Origin: Anaerolineales bacterium
Lineage (GTDB): Bacteria; Chloroflexota; Anaerolineae; Anaerolineales; E44-bin32
DNA: 64,000 nucleotides
Assembly: GCA_036397095.1 (NCBI GenBank)
Contig: DASWJQ010000099.1
Location: 11,728 to 75,727 of the forward strand
Direction: 5' to 3'
Shown: positions 9,410-17,705 of the stretch, piece after piece
Numbering within the stretch: the stretch's first letter is position 1
Layout of the letters: each line of letters starts with the position of its first letter
Translations under genes and position numbers: made by a program
Notes under the pieces: model-generated
What the model saw: only the letters and a program-made list of their open reading frames with translations
Databases searched by the model: none
Told to the model about the DNA's origin: nothing

Positions 9410-10449
9410 TAGTGGCCCCTCGTGCGCCGCATGCGCATCCCCATCCGCTCGGTGGCGCTGGCTTCATCTTCACGAATTGTGCGGCCGGTAAGCTTGATGA
9501 AGACATCCTCCAACGTCGGCCGACGTAAGCTGACCGATTGCACCTCGATCGGCTGGCTGCCATTTACCAACAATTGCATCATGCGCGGGATGAAAACATC
9601 ACCCTTGGAGACTTCCAAAATCAGTTCTTGGCCAGGACCAAAACGGGCGTCCACCTCGGCTGAGGCCAATTTCTCCAGCGCCGCCTCATTGTCACTGGTC
9701 CAGACCGTCACCAGATCGCCGCCTACCAGCGCTTTCAGTTCGGACGGCGAATCCAGCGCAACAATCTGGCCGTGGTCCATGATGGCTACCCGATCGCAGT
9801 TCTCGGCCTCATCCATGTAGTGGGTCGTCATAAATATGGTCACCTTTTCGCGATCACGCAGCTCCCGCAAGTAGTCCCAGATATGGCGCCGGGTCTGCGG
9901 ATCGAGCCCCAGAGTCGGCTCATCGAGAAAGAGCACCCGGGGTTGATGCAGCAGGCCGCGGGCCACCTCCAGCCGGCGCTTCATCCCACCCGAATACACC
10001 TTGACCAGGTCATCGGACCGCTCGGCCAGTTCGACTAGTTCCAACAAGCGCTGGCTGCGCCGCTCATACGTCGGCCGGTCCATGTTGTAGAGCATGGCGT
10101 GAAAACGCAGGTTCTCACGACCCGTCAGCTGTTCATCCAGACTCGGTTCCTGAAAGACCATGCCGATCGAGCGGCGCACAGCCTCCTGCTCGTCGACAAT
10201 GTTGTGCCCCGCCACCAAGGCCTGGCCCCCCGTCGGGCGCAGCAAGGTGCACAACATATGAATGGTGGTTGTCTTCCCCGCACCGTTCGGACCGAGAAAA
10301 CCGAAGATCTCGCCCTCGCCGACGGAAAAGCTCACACCACGGACGGCCTCCGTTTTCCCATAATTGCGGGATAGTTCCTGCACTTCAATGACGTTGGTCA
10401 CGGATGTCCTTTGTCTTCGAATGCCTTGGGCACGATCAATCGGGGCCAA
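9409..10449 (-). CDS. ABC exporter ATP-binding protein (DrrA-like)
   Basis: Walker A GPNGAGKTT, signature YSGGMKRRL, Walker B VLFLDEP. An alternative GTG start at 10401 (VTNVIEVQEL) is possible. Confidence 0.9.
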   Translation of the reverse strand: MAPIDRAQGIRRQRTSVTNVIEVQELSRNYGKTEAVRGVSFSVGEGEIFGFLGPNGAGKTTTIHMLCTLLRPTGGQALVAGHNIVDEQEAVRRSIGMVFQEPSLDEQLTGRENLRFHAMLYNMDRPTYERRSQRLLELVELAERSDDLVKVYSGGMKRRLEVARGLLHQPRVLFLDEPTLGLDPQTRRHIWDYLRELRDREKVTIFMTTHYMDEAENCDRVAIMDHGQIVALDSPSELKALVGGDLVTVWTSDNEAALEKLASAEVDARFGPGQELILEVSKGDVFIPRMMQLLVNGSQPIEVQSVSLRRPTLEDVFIKLTGRTIREDEASATERMGMRMRRTRGH

Positions 10450-10496
10450 GTGTAGGCAAGCAGTGGATTGTACCCAAAGGGGGGCTCACGGGATTT

Positions 10497-12236
10497 TCAG
10501 CGGCAGACGATGAGCGGTTGGCGCGCGCGGCGCAAGATCGTATCGACGCTGCTGCCAAGCACGGCCTCAACCATGGGCGGGGCAGAATAGCCACCGATGA
10601 GCAGCAAATCGGCGCCGGACTCCTCGACCACTTCCAGGATGACCTGAGACGCCTCGCCCGCGACGAGTTCGTACGCGGGCGCCAGCTGCCGCGCCTCGAG
10701 GTACTCCTTCGCCTGGTCGAGACAGACGGCCGGGTCGATCTTGCCATCGTCAACTACCAGCACGCTGAGTGGCAGCTCCCAGGCACAGGCCGTGTAGGCG
10801 GCGACAAACAACGCCTCCCAGGCCTTGGGGCTTCCGTCAAAGGCAACCAACGGACGGTTCATGGCTGTCGCCACACCGGGGACAAACAGGATGGGACGCG
10901 GCAAGCGGCGCATCAGGGTGCGCAGACCTGAGCCCAGTCGGGCCAAGCGGCCTTCCGCCGGAGGATGGGAAAGCCCTAGACTGACCAGATCGGTCCAGCG
11001 CGCCCGATCAAAGATCAAGTCGGCGACCTTGCCCTGGCCGCGGGTGAAGCGCCCTTCAACTTCCGCCTGCTGGCAGCGCGCAAGGAAGCGGCCCTCGATC
11101 TGCCCCATCCGGCGCCCGCGGCCTTCGGCTTCGCTCCGCACATGCAATCCGATCACACGGCCCCCCTCGCGCTGCGCCACCAGCAGCGCCTGCTCCAGCG
11201 CCTGCCAGCTGCGCTGGCTGCCGGCCAGCGGCACCAGAATATCTTGAAACAGACGCAGGCCCGGCCGCCGATCGACCACTTGCCGCCGCCAGTCGCCTGC
11301 CGGCGGCCCGGATTCAAGCTCGTCGGGGGTAATGGCCTCCACCAAACGTTCGCCGAACCGTCCGGCGATTGTCTGCAGGCTGCGGCTGTGTTCGGCTGCC
11401 AGGTTGACAGCAGCTTGTTCGGGCCAAACATCCCACCCCAGATGTTCGGCCAGCAGCTCCCGATGCTGATGGATCCAAAGGTACAGGTCGGCTTCCGTCC
11501 GGTCGGGGAAGTCGCGCAGGATTCCATGCCCGCGGATGATCTCGACAATCGGCAGGTAGACCCGGTCAAACCAATCGGCGACGGCCGTTTCGAAATCCGC
11601 TTCGCCGTCTTGCGCCGAACTCAGCGCCTGGTGGTGGGCACGGATCTGGTCAAGCAGCTGCGGATACCTGCCGGGCTCGGTCAAAACAATCTCGGCTTCC
11701 GGCCGGACCTCGTTCAGCTTGGTCGCCTCGAGGAAATCGGTCAGCTCGGCCTTGATCACGAGTGCGGGCGGATCGTCGGCCGGGGTCAGGGATACCTTGC
11801 TGCGCACCTCGGTGACATAGGCCTCAATCGACTCGGCGCCTACCTGGCGCGCCACGGAGACCCGGTGATGGCCGTCGCGCACGAAGTAGGCGTCCCCGAT
11901 TTGGTAGAGCTCCACTGGTGGCAGGCCGCTCAGGCCCTCCGTCATGGCCCGTACCCGAGCCCAACGCTCCTCATCGCCGGCTTCGCGCGGCAGGAACGAG
12001 CGGGTGAAATCGGTATAGCGGCCGACACTGCCAACGATCGACGCCAGCGGCACCTCGTGGAGTTCGCGCCGAGCCGTGGTGGCGGCATGCAGTTTCCGCC
12101 GCACATCCTCGTAGGAAAGCAAATCGGTCTGCTTCCCACGCAAGCGTTGCAGTATGACCTCAAGCGCGGCCCGTTGGCGCGCTGCCCTGAAGTCGCGAAT
12201 GGCCTGGATGTAGGCTGAGGCTCCCGGGTCGGCCAT
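10497..12236 (-). CDS. ParB/Srx-like N-terminal domain protein fused to tandem universal stress protein (USP) domains
   Basis: YFVRDGHHRVSVARQ is a ParB/sulfiredoxin-type motif. The C-terminal half has two USP-like units (ILVPLAGSQRSW...GLHV and ...LLLIGGYSAP...GSSVDTILRRARQPLIVCR). The start was trimmed to ATG 12236. Confidence 0.75.
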   Translation of the reverse strand: MADPGASAYIQAIRDFRAARQRAALEVILQRLRGKQTDLLSYEDVRRKLHAATTARRELHEVPLASIVGSVGRYTDFTRSFLPREAGDEERWARVRAMTEGLSGLPPVELYQIGDAYFVRDGHHRVSVARQVGAESIEAYVTEVRSKVSLTPADDPPALVIKAELTDFLEATKLNEVRPEAEIVLTEPGRYPQLLDQIRAHHQALSSAQDGEADFETAVADWFDRVYLPIVEIIRGHGILRDFPDRTEADLYLWIHQHRELLAEHLGWDVWPEQAAVNLAAEHSRSLQTIAGRFGERLVEAITPDELESGPPAGDWRRQVVDRRPGLRLFQDILVPLAGSQRSWQALEQALLVAQREGGRVIGLHVRSEAEGRGRRMGQIEGRFLARCQQAEVEGRFTRGQGKVADLIFDRARWTDLVSLGLSHPPAEGRLARLGSGLRTLMRRLPRPILFVPGVATAMNRPLVAFDGSPKAWEALFVAAYTACAWELPLSVLVVDDGKIDPAVCLDQAKEYLEARQLAPAYELVAGEASQVILEVVEESGADLLLIGGYSAPPMVEAVLGSSVDTILRRARQPLIVCR

Positions 12237-12461
12237 CAACAATCGTTTATCCTCTGAACACCGGCTCACGCAGCCGGTCTGGCACATCACGGGTATCTTA
12301 ACGTAGCTGCCTGTCGGATGGGTGTCCGCCATCATGCCCAACACAATTGGCCGGTTCAGCTAAAATGGACCAATCCAATCCGGTGGGTCCCGGCGTAGTC
12401 CCGCTTGAGGACCACGGAGCACTTCCGCGACCGGCAAGTCCTAGTAACCAGAGGTTGCTGC

Positions 12462-13121
12462 ATGACGAACGAACAGGTTGAGCGCCGCTCGTGCGCCCGC
12501 ATACCGACTGCCCATGGGGATTTCGAGCTTTGCCTGTATTCCTGTGGCGATGAAGCCAAAGACCATCTGGCCATGGTCTATGGTCAACTTGACGGCTCGG
12601 CGCAGGTGTTGGTTCGCGTCCATTCGGAGTGCTTCACGGGTGACGTGATGGGTTCCCAGCGCTGTGATTGTGGGGCTCAGTTTGAGCGCTCGATGGCGCT
12701 GATTGCCGAGTCCGGCGCAGGCATCATCCTGTACTTGCGTCAGGAAGGGCGGGGGATCGGGCTGTTGGACAAGTTGCGGGCGTACAACCTGCAGGATGAG
12801 GGCTACGACACGGTGGATGCCAACCTGCTATTGGGCCACGAGCCGGACGAGCGCGACTACCGGGTGGCGGCCGCCATCCTGAAGGACCTCGGTGTGCGCA
12901 GCATTCGACTGATCACCAACAACCCCAACAAGATCGACCAGCTGCAAGCGTATGGCATTGCCGTCGAGGCCCGTGTTCCTCTTGTCATCCCGGCCACTAC
13001 GGAGAATGCAACCTACTTGCGGGCCAAATCGAGCCGGCTCAATCACATCCTCGACCTCGATGGATCGGCCGACGATTCCGAACCCAGCGAGATCGCCCGC
13101 CGCAATGGCCGGCGAGCTTGA
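12462..13121 (+). CDS. ribA: GTP cyclohydrolase II (stand-alone, not fused to DHBP synthase)
   Basis: RVHSECFTGDVMGSQRCDCG is the zinc site. LYLRQEGRGIGLLDKLRAYNLQDEGYDTVDAN and LITNNPNK also match. The start was trimmed to ATG 12462, with GAGG upstream. Confidence 0.9.
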   Translation: MTNEQVERRSCARIPTAHGDFELCLYSCGDEAKDHLAMVYGQLDGSAQVLVRVHSECFTGDVMGSQRCDCGAQFERSMALIAESGAGIILYLRQEGRGIGLLDKLRAYNLQDEGYDTVDANLLLGHEPDERDYRVAAAILKDLGVRSIRLITNNPNKIDQLQAYGIAVEARVPLVIPATTENATYLRAKSSRLNHILDLDGSADDSEPSEIARRNGRRA

Positions 13122-13809
13122 TTCGCTCTACCGCCACCTGGAAGCATCCCCGGTTCCGGCCGATCGGCCGCTCGTTACGCTGGCGTTCGCCCAGAGCCTG
13201 GATGGCAGCATTGCCGCCGCCCCCGGCCGCCGGACGGTGCTCAGCAGCCAGCCGTCACTGGCGATGACCCACCGATTGCGCGCCATGCACGACGGAATCC
13301 TGGTCGGGATTGGTACGGTGCTGTCCGACGATCCGCAGCTGAACGTACGTTACGCGACCGGACCACATCCGCGGCCGGTGATATTGGATAGCCGGCTGCG
13401 CACGCCGCCCAAGGCCCGACTGCTCTCGGAGGATCCTTTCCCATGGATCGCTCACCACGATGGCAATGACGCCAACAGTGCCCCGCTCGAACACGCCGGT
13501 GCCATCCTGCTCCGGCTACCATCCAATGTTGAGGGCGGGCTGGACCTGATAGCCGTCCTGGACGAGCTTCGACTCCGTGGCGTGCGGCGCCTGATGGTCG
13601 AGGGCGGCAGCCGCGTCATCCGATCCTTCTTGCGCGAACGGCTGGTTGACACCTTGGTACTCACCATCGCACCGCGGCTGCTTGGCGGCCTGCAGCCCTG
13701 GATCGGGTTCGCACTTGCCGGCGACCCGCCTGTCCTGACCACACCAGCCTGGGCACAGGTGGGACCTGACATGCTCGTCTGGAGTCCGCTGAACTGGAGC
13801 GTGACGTGA
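13105..13809 (+). CDS. RibD C-terminal-type (DHFR-fold) pyrimidine reductase; no deaminase domain
   Basis: LAFAQSLDGSIA...HDGILVGIGTVLSDDPQLNVR...LMVEGGSRVIRSFL. The start was trimmed to ATG 13105 and overlaps the ribA end by 17 nt. Confidence 0.8.
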   Translation: MAGELDSLYRHLEASPVPADRPLVTLAFAQSLDGSIAAAPGRRTVLSSQPSLAMTHRLRAMHDGILVGIGTVLSDDPQLNVRYATGPHPRPVILDSRLRTPPKARLLSEDPFPWIAHHDGNDANSAPLEHAGAILLRLPSNVEGGLDLIAVLDELRLRGVRRLMVEGGSRVIRSFLRERLVDTLVLTIAPRLLGGLQPWIGFALAGDPPVLTTPAWAQVGPDMLVWSPLNWSVT

Positions 13810-14834
13810 AGACCCAGTCCTTGTGGATCGTCGAGCCCGGGCGGGCTGAAGTGCGTGAAGAAGAACTGCCGACGCTGACCCCCGGCGCGGTGCTGCTCGA
13901 GGCGCACGTCAGCGCCATTAGCCCCGGCACGGAACGCCTCATGTTCCACGGAAACGCTGGCCAGCAGGCACAGCTCGACGCCACTCTCCCGAGTCTGCAG
14001 GATTTGGCGGGCTACCCGATGAAGTACGGCTATGCCACCGTCGGCCGCATTGTTGAATTGGGACAGGAGGTCGATCGGAGTCTGCTCGACCGTTGGGCGC
14101 TGGCGCTGCACCCGCACCAAGCCCACCTGGCGTGCCCGGCCGAGGACCTGGTCCTGCTGCCGGCTGGCATCGACAGCGAAGCGGCCGCCTTTCTGCCCAA
14201 CGTCGAAACCAGTCTGTCCTTGGTCCATGATGGCCGGCCATTGGCCGGGGAGCGCGTCCTTGTGCTGGGTCTGGGCGTGGTGGGTCAATTGACGGCAATG
14301 TTGCTTGGCCAGTTCCCACTGGCCGATCTGGTGGCCGTCGAACCACTGGCCAACCGGCGACAATTGGCTGTGACCCGTCGGCTGACAGCGGTCGCCAGCT
14401 TTGAAGAGATCCTGGACCGGCTGTCTCCCGATCAGGCGCCAGGCTTCGACATGGCCTTCGAACTTTCGGGCAATCCACAGGCCCTGACGGCAGCCATCAA
14501 CGCTGTTGGCTATGATGGCCGCGTGGTTATCGGCTCATGGTACGGCGATCGGATGACGCCAGTGGCCCTCGGCACTCACTTCCATCGCAATCACATCCGT
14601 CTGATCAGCAGTCAGGTGAGCCGTATCCCACCCGCCCTGCGCGGGCTCTGGACCAAAGCCCGGCGCTTTGGCGAAGCGATCCGGCTGCTGCCGGCCTTAC
14701 GACCGGCCGAGTTGATCACGCACCGCCTGCCGCTGGCCGAAGCCCCCGATGCCTACGCATTGCTCGATCACCCGTCTGAAGCCGTCGGGATCCTAATCCT
14801 GTACCCGCCAGCCGCCACCAACGGACACGCCTGA
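13806..14834 (+). CDS. MDR-superfamily dehydrogenase, BchC-like subgroup
   Basis: SAISPGTERLMFHG...GYPMKYGYATVGRIVELG and the Rossmann motif VLGLGVVGQL. The GTG start overlaps the upstream stop (GTGA). Confidence 0.8.
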   Translation: MKTQSLWIVEPGRAEVREEELPTLTPGAVLLEAHVSAISPGTERLMFHGNAGQQAQLDATLPSLQDLAGYPMKYGYATVGRIVELGQEVDRSLLDRWALALHPHQAHLACPAEDLVLLPAGIDSEAAAFLPNVETSLSLVHDGRPLAGERVLVLGLGVVGQLTAMLLGQFPLADLVAVEPLANRRQLAVTRRLTAVASFEEILDRLSPDQAPGFDMAFELSGNPQALTAAINAVGYDGRVVIGSWYGDRMTPVALGTHFHRNHIRLISSQVSRIPPALRGLWTKARRFGEAIRLLPALRPAELITHRLPLAEAPDAYALLDHPSEAVGILILYPPAATNGHA

Positions 14835-15223
14835 TGTATTGCCTGCAGCTTGCGCGTCGCTTCCGAGCCGAGCATTTCCTCTTCGGCGGCGACTGGGGCG
14901 AGGAGAACCGGCCACATACTCATGACTACCGGCTGGAACTGCGCCTGCACGGACCGGAACTCAACCAGCACGGTTATCTGCTCGACTTGCTCGAAGTGGA
15001 GGCGTTGCTCGAAAGGGTGATTGAGCAGTTTGCCGGCCGTCAGCTCAACCAACTCGAGCCGTTTGCCGACCTTAACCCAAGCATCGAGCACTTCGCCCGC
15101 ATCCTGGCCTCCGAGCTGGGCAAGGGGTTGCCGCTAGACAACCGTCTTGCTCGCCTCGAAGTGCGCCTTTGGGAAACCGAAACCGCATGGGCCAGCTACC
15201 AATGCGAGCTGCCGTGCAGGTAG
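14834..15223 (+). CDS. 6-pyruvoyl-tetrahydropterin synthase / QueD family protein
   Basis: 129 aa. The zinc His triad is AEH...HTH. Glu occupies the position of the QueD catalytic Cys (E-NRP-HTH versus C-xxx-HGH). The start shares 1 nt with the upstream stop (TGATG). Confidence 0.85.
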   Translation: MYCLQLARRFRAEHFLFGGDWGEENRPHTHDYRLELRLHGPELNQHGYLLDLLEVEALLERVIEQFAGRQLNQLEPFADLNPSIEHFARILASELGKGLPLDNRLARLEVRLWETETAWASYQCELPCR

Positions 15224-16323
15224 CCCTCGTGGTTTGCGGCTCGCTGGACACCGTGTCCGGCGGCTTCCTCTACGATCGCCAGCTGGTGAGTGGTTTGCGC
15301 CGGCTCGGCCACCGGGTGGAGGTCGTCGAGCTGCCCTGGCGCAGCTACCCCGGACAACTGGCCGACGGCCTGAGGCCGCAGATCGTGCGGCAATTGACGC
15401 ATCTCGAAGCCGACATCGTGCTCCAGGATGAACTGTGCCATCCGTCCCTGCTCGTGGCCAATCGGTGGCCCGGGCACAGGCCTCCCATCGTGGCCATTGT
15501 CCATCACCTGCGGTCCGACGAGCGCGCCCCTGCCCTGCAGCGGCTCGCCTTTCGCTGGGCCGAACGGGCATTCCTGGCGTCGGTTGATGCCTGTGTATTC
15601 AACACGCGGGCGACGCAGGACTCGGTCGAGCGCCTGCTGGGCCGCCCGATGACCGGCGTGGTCGCCAGCCCGGCCGGTGACCACCTGGCCGGCTTTGGCC
15701 GGCCCGCGCCACCGGCATCTGCCAACCGAGGTGGGCCACTGCGCCTGCTCTTCGTCGGCAACTTGATTCCCCGCAAAGGGCTCGACACCCTGCTGACCGC
15801 CCTTGAGAGTCTCCCACCTGGCAGTTGGCAGCTGGATGTTGTCGGCCGCACCGATCTGGATACCGGCTACAGCGCCCGCCTGCTTCGGCAATTGAGCTCT
15901 CCTGGCTGGCGAGAAGCGGTCAGGTTGTGGGGACCGTTGATGGATGTGGCCCTTGCCGATCGCTACCGGCAGGCAAATCTGCTGGTGGTGCCGTCAGAGT
16001 ACGAAGGCTTCGGCATCGTCTACCTGGAGGCTATGGGCCATGGCCTTCCGGTCATTGCCAGCCGGGCGGGCGGCGCCTCCGAACTTGTCGAGCATGGCGT
16101 GCATGGGTTCCTGGTGCCACCCCGCGATCCAGCCGCCATTCGCCAACATCTGCAAACCTATCTGGCGCAGCCGAGTCTGATCAACCGGCAGGGAGCTGCT
16201 GCACTCGATCGCGCCCGCAGCCACCCGACCTGGTCGCGCTCGGTGGCCCTGGTCGAGGGCCTGTTGCAGCGGCTGGCGGCGGACCCCGTCGGCGCGATCT
16301 CATCGCCGCTCATGGATTTCTGA
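15202..16323 (+). CDS. GT4-family (group 1) glycosyltransferase
   Basis: N-terminal GGF-type motif (SGGFLYDRQL). C-terminal motif SEYEGFGIVYLEAMGHGLPVIAS...E. The start was trimmed to ATG 15202 and overlaps the PTPS gene by 22 nt. Confidence 0.85.
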   Translation: MRAAVQVALVVCGSLDTVSGGFLYDRQLVSGLRRLGHRVEVVELPWRSYPGQLADGLRPQIVRQLTHLEADIVLQDELCHPSLLVANRWPGHRPPIVAIVHHLRSDERAPALQRLAFRWAERAFLASVDACVFNTRATQDSVERLLGRPMTGVVASPAGDHLAGFGRPAPPASANRGGPLRLLFVGNLIPRKGLDTLLTALESLPPGSWQLDVVGRTDLDTGYSARLLRQLSSPGWREAVRLWGPLMDVALADRYRQANLLVVPSEYEGFGIVYLEAMGHGLPVIASRAGGASELVEHGVHGFLVPPRDPAAIRQHLQTYLAQPSLINRQGAAALDRARSHPTWSRSVALVEGLLQRLAADPVGAISSPLMDF

Positions 16324-16350
16324 GTCGTTTTGGAGAAGGAGTAGAGCAAG

Positions 16351-16743
16351 ATGCGATCTACCCTGCGCACCGTGATCATCATCACCACCTTGATCACCGC
16401 CCTCGTTCACCTGGCCGTGCTCAATTACCTGATATACACCAGCGAAGGCCACCTGGACTTGCTGTTTAGCTTGAACGGTCTGGGCTACCTGACCCTGCTC
16501 GGTATGTTCGTTGCCGCCCCGGCCTTCATCGAGGAGCAATGGGATTTCTTCCACTTCATGTACATGGGTTTCGCCGCAGTCACCATCGCGGCCTTCTTTG
16601 TTCTGGGTGGGACCGGGTTCGGCGGGACCGAAGTCGACCCGCTGGGCTACTTCACCAAAGCGGTGGAACTGATCCTGATCATCGCTTTATGGCAGCACCG
16701 CAAGTTTGACCCCGGCTTGCGCCAAACCGCTGGTCCGATGTAG
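16351..16743 (+). CDS. Small integral membrane protein (about 4 TM), function unknown
   Basis: 130 aa, hydrophobic helices. GGAG RBS 27 nt after the GT stop. I recognise no family. Confidence 0.6.
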   Translation: MRSTLRTVIIITTLITALVHLAVLNYLIYTSEGHLDLLFSLNGLGYLTLLGMFVAAPAFIEEQWDFFHFMYMGFAAVTIAAFFVLGGTGFGGTEVDPLGYFTKAVELILIIALWQHRKFDPGLRQTAGPM

Positions 16744-16790
16744 ACGACAGGGCGGGCGCGCCTCCCACAGGGCGCGCCCGCCATCCACCC

Positions 16791-17705
16791 ATGTTCGGCC
16801 CGGAAACGCTGCAGCGCGATATCGCGTACTTGGCCGCCAAACGGTCGATCGACGACCTGGCGCTCAACCACCATGTGTGGCAGACCCTTTGGAGTCAGCC
16901 GCTGCCCGAGTCTCCCCGGATTCTCGAGGCCGGCGCCGGCATCGGCACCATGCTGGAGCGCTTGCTTGAGCAAGATCGCCTGCGCACGGGTCATTACCTG
17001 GCCATCGATCAACAGCCAGCCTTCCTGGCAGAGGCCAGGGCCCGTCACCTGCGCTGGGGTGAGCAGCATGGGCTGTCCACCGAATTCGACCTGCAACGCC
17101 TGCATTTGCGCAGCGAGCAGGTCGACCTGGAGATCACCTACCTACAGACCGACCTCGCCGAGCTTTCCGCCGCCGTACCGGCAGGCTCAATCGATCTACT
17201 GTTGGGCCACGCTTTGCTCGACCTGGTCGACCTGGCCAGCAGTCTGCCCGGGCTGCTGGGCTGCCTGACACCCGCCGGACTCTTCCATTTCAGCCTGAAC
17301 TTTGACGGCGTGACCAGCTTCCAGCCGGAGGTCGATCCGGAACTCGATCGCCGGATCGCTGAGCTCTACCACACGTCAATGGATGAACGGCGGGTAGGGG
17401 GCCTGGCTTCAGGCGATAGCCGGACCGGGCGCCGCCTGCTGGGTTGGTTGGTCGACAACGATCAGGAGCTCCTGGCGGCCGGCGGCTCGGATTGGGTCGT
17501 TCACCCGCGTGATCATGCCTTTGCGTCTGATGAACGCATACTGCTCGAGACCATCTTGATGACGATCGAGCGCCAGCTGCAGGGCCATCCTGCGCTCGAC
17601 GCGACGGCCTTCTCGACCTGGCTCGCGACGCGCCGGACTCAACTGGCCGAAGGCCGCCTCGTGTTCCTGACCCACCAGCTCGATGTCGTCGGCCGGCGGC
17701 GCTAA
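16791..17705 (+). CDS. Class I SAM-dependent methyltransferase
   Basis: Motif I ILEAGAGIGTMLERL and a post-I acidic residue (YLAIDQQ). 304 aa. Confidence 0.75.
   Translation: MFGPETLQRDIAYLAAKRSIDDLALNHHVWQTLWSQPLPESPRILEAGAGIGTMLERLLEQDRLRTGHYLAIDQQPAFLAEARARHLRWGEQHGLSTEFDLQRLHLRSEQVDLEITYLQTDLAELSAAVPAGSIDLLLGHALLDLVDLASSLPGLLGCLTPAGLFHFSLNFDGVTSFQPEVDPELDRRIAELYHTSMDERRVGGLASGDSRTGRRLLGWLVDNDQELLAAGGSDWVVHPRDHAFASDERILLETILMTIERQLQGHPALDATAFSTWLATRRTQLAEGRLVFLTHQLDVVGRRR

Noticed and set aside
12237-12461. Possible FMN riboswitch (RFN element) in the 225-bp region upstream of ribA.
   Set aside because: I could not find the conserved RFN blocks (GGGUGAAAUUCCC, ACCGGCGGU, GCCGACAGU..AGUCUGGAUG). 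Only short unrelated hairpins and a weak TAAAAT -10 candidate are present. A covariance-model scan would be decisive.
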